The notes: a model not told the origin generated them from the letters alone. A DNA stretch of 64,000 bases from Verrucomicrobiota bacterium (GCA_038209745.1 JBBQXJ010000010.1:9209-73208), one strand, 5' to 3'. Shown: positions 1-9,658, counted from the stretch's first letter. Numbers and translations are program-made.

Positions 1-119
1 GGCATCAACGACCAGGACGCGAACTTTGGAAATCATTCTTCCCACATCAGAAGGGCACCAGAGGAACGCTGACAATCACCTCGAAGGCTGTGCGGCCTCA
101 CGACCAGCCGTTTCGAAGG

Positions 120-797
120 CTATCGGGCAGGTGGCAGCCATCGTTCGTCGCCCCGGGTGAGGTGGGTGTATTTTGCCACCGCCTGCCCGCGGGACCGCAC
201 ATGGAGCTTTTCGTAGATCCGCCGGATGTAGGTGCTCACGGTCGTGACCCCGATGTTCAGCATGTCGGCGATCTCCTTGAAGGCATAGCCCCGGGCCAGC
301 AAGTCGAGGACTTCGCGCTCGCGTTGGGAGAGTTCAGCCCCCTCCGGGGTCTCGACCTTGGCGGGCTGTTGGAACGATTGGACGACCTTCCGGGCGATCC
401 CGCTGGTCATGGGCGAGCCGCCGCCATGCACTTCGGTCAACGCGTCCAAAAGACCCTTGCGCGAAGTCCTCTTCAACATGTAGCCGCTCGCTCCGGCCGC
501 CAGCGCGTCGAAGATGTGCTCCGCATCGTCGTAGACGGTCAGCATGAGGAACTGGGTCTCGTTCAACAGTGGTTTGAGCAGCCGGACACATTCGATGCCG
601 CTCATTCCCGGGAGGTTGATGTCCGTCAAAACCACGGCGGGCTTCACCTCCGCCAAGCCCGCGACCGCGCTCTCGGCGTCGGCGAAGTCCCCGACGCAAT
701 TAAAGCCTTTGGCCTGCTTGAGCCAGCCGGAGATGATCTGCCGGATGGACGAATCGTCTTCGATGATGGCGACGTCGATGTTCACAATTCTCTTCAT
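120..797 (-). CDS. NarL/LuxR-family response regulator
   Basis: REC domain (IIEDD...LTDINLPGMSG...A.GASGYMLK) plus LuxR HTH (LSQREREVLDLLARGY..KEIAD...RIYEKLHV). ATG at 797 preferred over the longer ORF. Confidence 0.93.
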   Translation of the reverse strand: MKRIVNIDVAIIEDDSSIRQIISGWLKQAKGFNCVGDFADAESAVAGLAEVKPAVVLTDINLPGMSGIECVRLLKPLLNETQFLMLTVYDDAEHIFDALAAGASGYMLKRTSRKGLLDALTEVHGGGSPMTSGIARKVVQSFQQPAKVETPEGAELSQREREVLDLLARGYAFKEIADMLNIGVTTVSTYIRRIYEKLHVRSRGQAVAKYTHLTRGDERWLPPAR

Positions 798-1012
798 ATA
801 CCCTGCCTCGGCCCGCTCTGTAGCGTCCCCAGTATGAACGACGGACTTGCCGGGAACATGCGGAAACAACGCTGAAGCCCATCGAAAATCGCGCGTGCTG
901 GTGGGTGACACGGGCTGGACGGATCGTCGCCCGGGCGCCGTCGAGTTGCTCCAAGTCCCGGATTCGATGTTGGCTCTTCCAGTCGCCCGCCCTTTGATCC
1001 CTCCCACTCGCC

Positions 1013-1930
1013 ATGAACCTCGGAAGCCCAGCCCACCGCTTCTGCATCATCTTGAATCCCTGCGCCAAGGGGGACAAGGCCCGTGCTTTTCGTGAGGGAC
1101 TCGACACCTTCGCTTCGGGCATCCCGCTCAAACCCACTTTCGCCGCCGGAGCCGCCACGTCGCTTGCCCGCGAAGCCGTGGAGGAAGGTTTCCAGATCAT
1201 TGTGGCTGCCGGGGGAGACGGCACCGTCAACGAAGTGCTCAATGGCATGGCCGAAGCCCGCGACGGTCTGGAGCGCGCCGCTCTCGCCGTCCTGCCGCTC
1301 GGCACGATGAACGTCTTCAGCCGCGAACTCGGCCAGTCGCTGGACAGCCGCAAAGTCTGGGAACGCCTCCGCACCGCTGGCGTGGAGCGGCGGGTCGATC
1401 TTCCCGTGGCCGAATACCAGACGCCCGAGGGGACCGTCCGCCGCCACTACGCCCAAATGGCGGGCGCAGGCGTCGACGCGCGGGCCGTGCGGGCCGTCGA
1501 TTGGGAAGAGAAGAAGCGCCTCCGCGCCATGGCCTACTTTAACGCCGGGCTCCGAACCCTCCGGACCCAGCGGCCCAAGATCCACGTCCAGACCGACTGC
1601 CAGGCCTGGGACGTCGAACAGGTCCTCATCGGCAACGGCCGCTACTACGGCGGCAGTTTGCCGGTGTTTTGGCGGGCTGCCTTGACCGACGGCGTCTTCG
1701 ACCTGGTCCTTTTCCGTGAAACCCGCTGGTTCAATCTGGCCCACTACGCCTGGCAAATGCTCTGGCGCACCCAACGGCCGAGCGGCGGACTCGACTACGC
1801 CCACGCCAAAGAAGTGACCCTCACGGGCGTCCCCGACGAACCGCTCGAGCTCGACGGCGAACTCGTCGGCACCCTTCCTGCCAAACTGACCCTGCGCCCG
1901 ATGGCTCTGCGCGTTCTGGTCGGGAAGTAG
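1013..1930 (+). CDS. Diacylglycerol kinase family lipid kinase (YegS/DgkB-like)
   Basis: ILNP, AAGGDGTVNEV, LPLGTMNVF, GNGRYYGG and ELDGE motifs. Confidence 0.92.
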   Translation: MNLGSPAHRFCIILNPCAKGDKARAFREGLDTFASGIPLKPTFAAGAATSLAREAVEEGFQIIVAAGGDGTVNEVLNGMAEARDGLERAALAVLPLGTMNVFSRELGQSLDSRKVWERLRTAGVERRVDLPVAEYQTPEGTVRRHYAQMAGAGVDARAVRAVDWEEKKRLRAMAYFNAGLRTLRTQRPKIHVQTDCQAWDVEQVLIGNGRYYGGSLPVFWRAALTDGVFDLVLFRETRWFNLAHYAWQMLWRTQRPSGGLDYAHAKEVTLTGVPDEPLELDGELVGTLPAKLTLRPMALRVLVGK

Positions 1931-2028
1931 GGCCAGCAACAACGGTCCAGCCTTGCGAGGCAGGAATCCTCCCTGCCGCCTTGAGCCCGCCTCGCTTTCC
2001 CGTCGCCTTCCCGCCACCGTCCCGCCGG

Positions 2029-4782
2029 ATGTCCGTCGTCATCGATTCCGTGGCAAAAGCCGTGTTCCTGAGCGTCCGCGATCTCGCGGAGGAACCGGGC
2101 TTCAAGCGCATCGGCTTCGACCGCGAAGGATGGTCCTCGTTCGCCCTCGGCTTGGAAGTCCACGAACGTGTCCTCACCGCCCGTCTCGCCGCGAATCCCG
2201 CCTATCGGAAAGAGATCCACGTCTCCGCCCTCGTCCCACTCGACGACTGGACCGCCACCCTCACCGGCCGCATCGACGGCGCCCACGAGACGCCCGAAGG
2301 CTGGCATCTGGAAGAATTCAAGACCGCGTCCCTGGTCGGGAGCGCATCCGATCTCCCCGCCGCCCACGGAGGAGAAAACGAGATTGGGAGGGCAGCGCTC
2401 TCGATTCGGGAGTCTCCGCGCCGCACCACCGCCGCCTCCGAACGCCACCGGCACCAACTCCTGCTCTACGCGCATCTTTGGACGCTCCTCGGCCACCACG
2501 TCGCCAGCACCCGACTCGTCTATGTCGATCCCGACACCGGACGGGAAGAGCGCGTCCCGATCGCCTTCGATCCCGCCGCCGCAGTCCAAGAAACTGAAAC
2601 CCGCCTTCGTCGGCTCCTCGGTCTCTGGCAGAAGAACGAGGTCTCGCGCCAGCGCAAAGCCGCCTTCGCCGAACAGCTCCCCTTCCCGCACGCAGTTCCA
2701 CGGCCCGGCCAAGCCCTCTTGATCCAGGCCCTCCGTGACACGGTGGAAACCGGAGGCCATCTTTTGGCCGAAGCCCCGACCGGCTCGGGCAAGACCGCCG
2801 CCTCGCTCCATCCCGCCCTGCAACACGCCCTGCGCACCGGTCGCCAGCTCGCCTTCCTCACTTCTAAGAATCTCCAGCAGCAGATGGCGATGAAGGCGTT
2901 GGCCGCGATGAATCCCGCGCAGGCCTTCCGCACCGTCCAACTCCGCGCCAAGGTACGGATGTGCGCGAACGACCGCGTGCTCTGCCACGAAGACGCCTGC
3001 CCCTATGCGCGAAACTATCCTTTGAAGATGGAGCGCTCCCGCCTGCTCGACCGCCTGATGGACGGCGCCGCCCATCATCTGCCGGACGACGTCTTCGCAG
3101 CAGCCAAGGCGGAGCAAGTATGCCCGTTCGAGGTGCAGCTCGAACTCGCCCGCCGCGCCGACGCCATCGTCGCCGACTACAACTACGTCTTCGATCCCGG
3201 CGTCGCCCTCACCCAGCTCCGCGACGAAGGCTTGAAGCAGGCCGTCCTCGTCATCGACGAAGCCCACAACCTGCCCGATCGAATCCGCGGCATCTTTTCG
3301 CCCGAATTGCTGGAGAGCGAGCTGGCCTCCGCGCTCGTCGTCGCCCAAGGACTGGGTGATGAACCCACGGTCGGCGGCGACTTTCGACCGCGCCGCCGCA
3401 AGCAACCGAAGTCCGGCCAGCTCGAATTCGGTCAGCGCCTCAGCGCGCCTTCCGAGAAGCCGCCCGCCCTGGCGGCCACCTTGGAGCAAGTGCTGGAGCT
3501 GATCCGGGCCAACGCCGAAGCGGTTTTGCCGGCGGAGAAAGACGCCATCGCCGAACTGCGGGGCTTACCCACCCCGGACTCCTCCCAGGAGGAGAATCTG
3601 CGCAGCGACAAAGCTCCTGCTCGTCGGTTTGATGAATCCTCTCCTGGGAAGGGTTCGGGGTGGGTCTCGGCCTCCGTCGCGTGGCCTGCCCGACTGGTGA
3701 ACCTCTGGACCCGTTGGGAGCCGCAGTTCCTCGGCTACGTCGCCTGGAAACAACATCACAAACAGCCGCCGGGCGACGATCCGATCGTGGACGCCCACTT
3801 CGCGCTGCTCCGAACCGTCGCCGTGCTTCGGATGATTTCGGCAACGGGACCAAGCCGTGATCCAGGCTTCGCCGCGATCATCGAACGAAAGAGCGGTTCC
3901 CTGCGTCTCGCCATCCTCTGCCTCGACCCGTCGCAACCGGCCGCGCCGATCTTCCGGCAGGCCAGCTCCGCCCTCTTTCTTTCCGCCACGTTGAGACCTT
4001 TCGCGCTGTTCCGCCGCACGCTCGGCCTTCAACCCGAACGCATCGGCGAATTGGTCGTTCCATCCCCTTTTCCGCTGGAGAACCGGCGGGTCCTCATTCT
4101 GCCGCAGGTGCGCACCACCTACGCTTCCCGCGAAAAGGCCCTGCCCCGGATCGCGGAATTGATCACCGAGATCGACGCCGCCCACGGGGGCAACAAGCTG
4201 GTGCTCTTCCCCTCCTACGACTTCCTCCGCCGAGTGGCGGAAATACTCGTAGCCGCAGAGATGCCGAAGCGGACTCCGGACGGTGGCCCCAATTCCGACT
4301 CCTTGCCGCGCCGGATACTGGCGCAATCGCCCGCCGCCACCGAAGCGGAGCGCCACGCGCTCCTCGCCGCATTGGCCAAGCCTCCGCCGGGCGGCCATCT
4401 CCTGCTGGCGGTCCTCGGCGGGATGTTCGCCGAAGGGGTGGACTATCCCGGACAACTCCTGGAGATGGTCGTCGTGGTCTCGCCCGGACTGCCCAGCGTC
4501 AGCTTCGAGCGCGAACTGCTCAGGCGCCACTGCGACGCCCGCGACGGGAACGGCTTCGAGCAGGCCTATCTCCAACCCGGCATGACCCGCGTCATCCAGG
4601 CCGCCGGCCGCCTTATCCGCACCGAAACCGACCGGGGCGTCATCGCCCTGGTCTGCCAACGTTTCCTCGAAGAAGGCTACGTGGAACGCCTGCCCCGCGA
4701 CTGGTATCGCACCTCGGCCCGGGAACTCATCGCGACCGACCCGGCGGCCGACGTGCGGGCATTCTTCGCCACCGTCCCGTAG
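2029..4782 (+). CDS. DinG/XPD-family Fe-S DNA helicase with N-terminal PD-(D/E)XK nuclease-like domain
   Basis: Walker A APTGSGKT; Cys cluster MC..C..CPY..CPFE; VIDEAHNL; LFPSY; EGVD; QAAGRLIR. N-terminal GRIDG..EEFKT..QLLLYA. Start at ATG 2029 is inferred. Confidence 0.9.
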   Translation: MSVVIDSVAKAVFLSVRDLAEEPGFKRIGFDREGWSSFALGLEVHERVLTARLAANPAYRKEIHVSALVPLDDWTATLTGRIDGAHETPEGWHLEEFKTASLVGSASDLPAAHGGENEIGRAALSIRESPRRTTAASERHRHQLLLYAHLWTLLGHHVASTRLVYVDPDTGREERVPIAFDPAAAVQETETRLRRLLGLWQKNEVSRQRKAAFAEQLPFPHAVPRPGQALLIQALRDTVETGGHLLAEAPTGSGKTAASLHPALQHALRTGRQLAFLTSKNLQQQMAMKALAAMNPAQAFRTVQLRAKVRMCANDRVLCHEDACPYARNYPLKMERSRLLDRLMDGAAHHLPDDVFAAAKAEQVCPFEVQLELARRADAIVADYNYVFDPGVALTQLRDEGLKQAVLVIDEAHNLPDRIRGIFSPELLESELASALVVAQGLGDEPTVGGDFRPRRRKQPKSGQLEFGQRLSAPSEKPPALAATLEQVLELIRANAEAVLPAEKDAIAELRGLPTPDSSQEENLRSDKAPARRFDESSPGKGSGWVSASVAWPARLVNLWTRWEPQFLGYVAWKQHHKQPPGDDPIVDAHFALLRTVAVLRMISATGPSRDPGFAAIIERKSGSLRLAILCLDPSQPAAPIFRQASSALFLSATLRPFALFRRTLGLQPERIGELVVPSPFPLENRRVLILPQVRTTYASREKALPRIAELITEIDAAHGGNKLVLFPSYDFLRRVAEILVAAEMPKRTPDGGPNSDSLPRRILAQSPAATEAERHALLAALAKPPPGGHLLLAVLGGMFAEGVDYPGQLLEMVVVVSPGLPSVSFERELLRRHCDARDGNGFEQAYLQPGMTRVIQAAGRLIRTETDRGVIALVCQRFLEEGYVERLPRDWYRTSARELIATDPAADVRAFFATVP
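2336..2404. repeat. Imperfect palindrome inside helicase CDS
   Basis: tcgggagcgc/gcgctctcga outer arms and atccgatctc/gagattggga inner arms. Confidence 0.5.
3567..3665. repeat. REP-like inverted repeat inside helicase CDS
   Basis: 32-nt arms (3567-3598 and 3634-3665), 26/32 complementary: acccaccccggactcctcccaggagg...cctgggaagggttcggggtgggt. Confidence 0.75.
4249..4318. repeat. Degenerate GTAG-type REP-like palindrome inside helicase CDS
   Basis: gtagccg...cgga / tccg...cggatac; 14/25 arm complementarity. Confidence 0.4.
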
Positions 4783-4788
4783 GCCGGC

Positions 4789-7700
4789 TCAGCGCAGATG
4801 GAAGAACACCTTGGCGGCGCGGTTGGTCGATTCGGTCGCGGCCGGATCCATGAGAAAGACCCGCTCAGCCTCGACCTTGCCGGATGCCAGAACGGCGTCC
4901 CGGACGGCGCGGGCACGGTCCGCCGCGAGACGGGCGAAGTCCTCGTCGGCCAGCGTCACCGCCGCCAAAACGGCTTCTTCCACTTGGTCGGCCGGGACGT
5001 CGGGCAGAGAGCGGGCCGCGCTTTGCATGAGCATGGTTCCACCCTTTTCAAACTGGGTCGGACGGGGAGCCGCCGGCTTCGGCGCATCGGCGGTCGCTTT
5101 ACCGTCGGCGCTGTTGGACTGCCGTTGCTGTTGGATCACGACATACGCTTGGTTCAGGCGGTTGGTGAACTCGTCCGGCGTGAGCGGAATTGGGTCGATC
5201 GAAAGACCGCTGCCGGGAGTCTCCGCCCGTTTCTCCTGCCGAAAACGGCGCTCCAGCTTCCGCCGCTTGAGCACCGGGGCGTCGACGACCGGATCGTAGC
5301 CGCCCTCGATCTCCAGCTGCAGGCCGGGCCGTCCAAAGAGGCCCTTCACCAAGCCGTCCAGCTTGCCCCGCTGCGAAGCCATCAGCTCCGCGCTGCCGGG
5401 CGCAAAACTCTGGAAGCTGACTTCCTCGCCACCCCCCCCGAAGAGCGAACCCAGCATCGAGAACGGCGACGTGGCCGCCTTCACGAGCAGGTTTCCCAAC
5501 GTGCTCCAGATCACGGGACCAAGACGGAAGCCGGGGTCGTCGAGCCTCCCTTCGATCGGCATGTCGAGTTCGATGCGGCCATGGCGATCCTTGAGAATGG
5601 CGACGCCCAGGCGCACCGGCAGCTCGGTGGCGTCCGGGCTGTCCACCTTCTGGCCGAAGGTGAACTGGTCCAACGTGATCTTGTTCTCCGCCTTCAACGC
5701 TCCGCCCATGATCGTGCAGTCGAGGTCGACGCTCAGCGTCCCCCTGCTGATGCCGTAGCCGGCGAACTTGCCGGAATACGGGCTGGCCGGCCTGAGGTCC
5801 ATGTTCGTGAGAGCGACCTTCAGCTCGGACTGCGCGTCGTAGTGCAACGGGTTGATCTTCCCCGTCACCGCGAACGGCCCGGTGCCGTCGATCGCGCCGG
5901 TGAGATGCACGTCGGCGCGCTTCAGGTCTTCGGACGAAATTTCGGCGACCGATCCGGCCACGTCGCGCACCGTGGCGTGGACGGCGGGCCTGACGGAACG
6001 ATCCACGAAGTCGACCAGCGCGTTGGTCAGCCTCACCGTTCCAACCGTCACCCGGGGCAAACGCGTCGCACCGGCCGCATTGGTCTTTGAGGCGAGGGCG
6101 TCTTCGATCAGCCGGCCGAACTGCTTTTTCCAACCAAGCCGACTCGGGATGACCACGGGTTCCAGTTCGCCTGTGGGCGGAGCGTTGGTCGCGGTCTTCA
6201 GCACCGAGAGCAGGTTGACCATCGCATTGGTGCCGATGGAGACGTGGACCTCTGGCTCGGTGATGGAGATGGCTTCGACTCCGAGCGCCAACGGCCGGAG
6301 CGTGGCCTCGATGCCGGAAGCGGCGACACTGTGCCACTTGAGGAGATCATCGGAGGCGGCGTCCACGGCCGCGAAATCGTCCAGCCGCGAATCGCCCCGA
6401 AACACGACGTCGGGCAGTCCGTCGGCCCCGGTGCGAAGAGTCAATCGGCCGTTGAACCCGACCTTGGCTCCGGTGACGAAAAGATTCACGAACGGCTCCA
6501 GATAGGGATCGAGGGGACGCAGTTCGAGGTGGGCCACATCGAGCGCGATATCAGCGGTCGGCGGTGAAAGCAGCAGGGACGTGCCGACATGGACCGTGCC
6601 GTTCGTGTTCCAGCGCAGGGAGACGTCGGCCGTGAGGTTGGTGCCGGGCAGGTTCGACAGGTTGTGCGCGGCGACGGCGATCTCGTCGACGACCAGATGG
6701 ACCGGGCGGCGGTTGACTTCATCGGTCCAAGATATGGCGCAGTTCGTCACGTCGACCGACCGCAGGATGCCCGTCGCGAAATTGGTGCTCTCCATCAGCC
6801 GGGCGACGAGGTTGCTGGTCGCCCGCATCAGCAGGGCGATGCTGCCGGGAGCATTGGTGGCGGCGGCGGCCGGCGTGGCCAGTTCCGCCAGATTCACGGT
6901 GCCGTCGTGGAACCTCCGGACGTCGACGCGTCCCCCGACGACCCGCACCGACGCCACGTCCGCCGAGCGGGCGACCGCATCGGCCGCCGCTCCGGTGACC
7001 GCGAGTTCATCCAGTTCCAGCATGTTGTGGGTGGCGCCCTTCTTCGCGACCTTGAACGAGCGCAGGGTGAAGCTGGCGTTGGTCGCTCGGGCGACGTAGT
7101 TCGACGGCGTGAGGCTCGCGGTGAAGGACGCTCCGGCGCTGATGACGCCGTCCCTCACTTCGAACCGTACCAGATCGTCAAAAAGCCCGGAGTATTTCCG
7201 AAGGGACAACCCTTGCAGGCGGAGCACGCCTTCGGACCCCAGCGGATCGAACGTGAAGTGGCCCTTCCAGGAGAACGTCTCGCCGCTATCCGTCGTGCCC
7301 GTGACGGAATACGCATTCTGGTTTTCGGGCGAGGTCTCCAAATCGACGAGGTTCAATTCCACCGGCCCCACCCTTCTGCGAAACGGATTCCGCAAGGACA
7401 GGTCGACCACGGAGAGGACGGCGTTGGTGATCTGGATGCGGTCGACGCGCACATGGATCGGCTTCATCGGTTTGGCCGGGGTGTTGCCGGCCATCGCGGA
7501 GATCTTCACGATCAGATCCGAGACATTGAGCGAGCGGTCGGGATTGATCTGCAACCGGAAGGCCGGACTCACGACGCGCACTTCGCGGAAGACCCACGGT
7601 TTGCCGAAGAACGACGCGAGTTGCAAATTCGCATAGACCTCGTCCCACTGGAGCAGCGGCACGCCGTCGGGATCCTTGATCAGCAATCCGCGAATCGAGC

Positions 7701-7902
7701 CGGAGAAGGCGAAAGGATTGAGCCGAACGGCCTCGATGCTCACCTCGCGCCCCAGTTCCCTGCCCAACTGGTTGATCGCCACTTTCCGAACGATCCAAGG
7801 CAAAATAAGGAAGCCGAAGACGGTGTAGAAAACGAACAGTCCAGCCGCCCAGTTGAGGCAACGGCGGAGCTTGGACGAACCGGATCTGCAGGAGGTTTTC
7901 AT
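4789..7902 (-). CDS. DUF748 / AsmA-like envelope protein with C-terminal OmpA-like segment
   Basis: N-terminal TM then GREVSIEAVRLNPF; repeated beta-rich modules; SPYSGKFAGYGISRG, LPVRLGVAILKDRHGRIELDMPIEG and FAPGSAEL motifs. Confidence 0.85.
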   Translation of the reverse strand: MKTSCRSGSSKLRRCLNWAAGLFVFYTVFGFLILPWIVRKVAINQLGRELGREVSIEAVRLNPFAFSGSIRGLLIKDPDGVPLLQWDEVYANLQLASFFGKPWVFREVRVVSPAFRLQINPDRSLNVSDLIVKISAMAGNTPAKPMKPIHVRVDRIQITNAVLSVVDLSLRNPFRRRVGPVELNLVDLETSPENQNAYSVTGTTDSGETFSWKGHFTFDPLGSEGVLRLQGLSLRKYSGLFDDLVRFEVRDGVISAGASFTASLTPSNYVARATNASFTLRSFKVAKKGATHNMLELDELAVTGAAADAVARSADVASVRVVGGRVDVRRFHDGTVNLAELATPAAAATNAPGSIALLMRATSNLVARLMESTNFATGILRSVDVTNCAISWTDEVNRRPVHLVVDEIAVAAHNLSNLPGTNLTADVSLRWNTNGTVHVGTSLLLSPPTADIALDVAHLELRPLDPYLEPFVNLFVTGAKVGFNGRLTLRTGADGLPDVVFRGDSRLDDFAAVDAASDDLLKWHSVAASGIEATLRPLALGVEAISITEPEVHVSIGTNAMVNLLSVLKTATNAPPTGELEPVVIPSRLGWKKQFGRLIEDALASKTNAAGATRLPRVTVGTVRLTNALVDFVDRSVRPAVHATVRDVAGSVAEISSEDLKRADVHLTGAIDGTGPFAVTGKINPLHYDAQSELKVALTNMDLRPASPYSGKFAGYGISRGTLSVDLDCTIMGGALKAENKITLDQFTFGQKVDSPDATELPVRLGVAILKDRHGRIELDMPIEGRLDDPGFRLGPVIWSTLGNLLVKAATSPFSMLGSLFGGGGEEVSFQSFAPGSAELMASQRGKLDGLVKGLFGRPGLQLEIEGGYDPVVDAPVLKRRKLERRFRQEKRAETPGSGLSIDPIPLTPDEFTNRLNQAYVVIQQQRQSNSADGKATADAPKPAAPRPTQFEKGGTMLMQSAARSLPDVPADQVEEAVLAAVTLADEDFARLAADRARAVRDAVLASGKVEAERVFLMDPAATESTNRAAKVFFHLR

Positions 7903-7997
7903 GCGGCGGCCAGGAGAAGAATGCCATTCCGGAGCCGGGACTCAACCACAGGAAAAGGCCGCCACCGAGGATCCTTCGTCCGAAGCGGAACGTCGGA

Positions 7998-9227
7998 CTA
8001 TTCCTCGTCCGCTTCGCGCCGCCTCCGGAACTCCTCCATCAGGCGGAGGATCTCTTCACGAATCTCGAAGAGCTCCATCCTCAGCCAAGCGGCGATGTCC
8101 GGGGACAGAACCCGTTTTTCGGTTGCGGATCGGAGCGCCGCCTGTGCCCTGTGCAGCGGATCCAACGCCCGCTTCAGATAGGCCACGATGAAGGCGTGGC
8201 CCGCCAGCGGACGGCCATAGGCCAGGCCGTTCAAGGCTCCGGCCAGCTTGACTCCCAGCGTGGAGATGCCGGACGTGAGGGAGAACAGGTGGGAATTGGC
8301 GGCGTCTCCGGATCCGATCTCGTTCACCAAGTCGTGGAGCCGGACGTTGAGGAGATGGGTGCGGTGCGCCAACGGATGACGGATGACATCGTGGTCCGCT
8401 CGGATCCAGTCGTCGCCTTCGGTTTCGGGGTCTGGCCGCGGATCCTCCAATCCATCCACTTCCTCGCCCGACAGGGTGCCGAACTCGTCCGCCGCATCCT
8501 CTTCTTCGGATCCACCGACGCTCTCCAGGACTTCGGCGAGATGATCCCAGCCCATTTCCAAGGCGATGCGCTTTTCAGCCTCGGGGCTGTCGCCATATTT
8601 CTCCAGCAGCTCGACATACTTGTCGGTAATGGCATCGCTCGCGCGCATCGACTTCTCGAAGTCGAACTCGTCCCACTCCTCCAGGTCCTCCGGCCCTTCG
8701 TGGCGCGCGGCTTCCACCGCTTCAGAGAGCTTGCCGAGGAAGCCGGTGAATCCGACGGCGGCATCCCGGGCGCGCTCTTTTTCGTCCTCTGGCGTCAGCC
8801 GCCATTCGGGGGCGGAAATGCTGAGCCGGTAGTTGGTGCTCTCGATGACGACGCGGCCGTTGGCGGCGCTGAACCATTCGAGACAGAGACAATTGGCCAG
8901 TCGTTCGGGCGGCTTTTCCCCGCGCTGGACCATCTCATAGGCATCGCCGAACGGGAGGTCGTAGACCCGCACTTTCCGCGAGGCGGTGAGATCCCCGATG
9001 GATCCGCGTTGAACCATGCCCAACGTGTCCAGATCCGCGGTCGCCACGGGGTCGAGCGGATTGGAGAAGCTCAGCAGGCAACCTGCCAGGTCGGCCTGGG
9101 CATTGCCCCGGAGCTCCAGCAGGACGGGATCCGATCGGCCATGGATCCAAAGCCGTCCGCGCACGACACCTTTTTCGCGGTTGTCGATCTCCCCGCGGAC
9201 CACGCTCTCGTGTATGCGGAACGCCAT
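7998..9227 (-). CDS. Conserved hypothetical protein (PVC-type)
   Basis: 409-aa ORF with protein-like composition; MAFRIHESVVRGEIDNR..DLAGC..GDLTASRKV..LEWFS..NGRVVIES. Confidence 0.8.
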   Translation of the reverse strand: MAFRIHESVVRGEIDNREKGVVRGRLWIHGRSDPVLLELRGNAQADLAGCLLSFSNPLDPVATADLDTLGMVQRGSIGDLTASRKVRVYDLPFGDAYEMVQRGEKPPERLANCLCLEWFSAANGRVVIESTNYRLSISAPEWRLTPEDEKERARDAAVGFTGFLGKLSEAVEAARHEGPEDLEEWDEFDFEKSMRASDAITDKYVELLEKYGDSPEAEKRIALEMGWDHLAEVLESVGGSEEEDAADEFGTLSGEEVDGLEDPRPDPETEGDDWIRADHDVIRHPLAHRTHLLNVRLHDLVNEIGSGDAANSHLFSLTSGISTLGVKLAGALNGLAYGRPLAGHAFIVAYLKRALDPLHRAQAALRSATEKRVLSPDIAAWLRMELFEIREEILRLMEEFRRRREADEE

Positions 9228-9368
9228 CGACTACGGGGTATCACGATTGGCAACCGGACGTCATCAAATTGATTTCCAAAGCCAACCGCCCTCCATCCCG
9301 GCCCCACACCCGGCTCGACCTGCGAACATGGCCCGCTAGAATCCTCCAAAATAGCCGACGCCCAACCC

Positions 9369-9623
9369 ATGAGACCGAAGATCTTCCGCCTGTTCCTGAA
9401 ACCCTGGTGTCCATGGTGCATCGAAGCCCGCGAGTGGCTCGACGCCCGGGGATTCGAATACGAACCGTTCGACGTCACGAGCGACGCCGACGCCCGGCAG
9501 GAGATGATCGCGCTGACCGGCCAGTCCAAGGCTCCCAGCGCCGAGATCGACGGGCATGTCCTGGCCGACTTCGGAGCCTCGGAGCTGGAATCCTTCCTGA
9601 AGACCCACGGCTATTCGGTCTAG
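9369..9623 (+). CDS. Glutaredoxin family protein
   Basis: CPWC active site, TGQSKAP cis-Pro motif, 84 aa; TAGAAT at 9337-9342 upstream. Confidence 0.92.
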   Translation: MRPKIFRLFLKPWCPWCIEAREWLDARGFEYEPFDVTSDADARQEMIALTGQSKAPSAEIDGHVLADFGASELESFLKTHGYSV

Positions 9624-9630
9624 CCGTGCC

Positions 9631-9658
9631 ACGCCCGTCCGGCGGGTGTTTTTCTTTC
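9631..9658 (+). terminator. Probable intrinsic terminator
   Basis: acgcccg-tccgg-cgggtgt stem followed by ttttcttt just after the glutaredoxin stop. Confidence 0.55.

Noticed and set aside
3372..3398. 8-bp hairpin cggcggcg/cgccgccg in another helicase linker
   Set aside because: A pure-GC short stem is likely by chance at this GC content
2029..4782. Cas4/CasDinG CRISPR system
   Set aside because: No repeat-spacer array or other cas genes in the window
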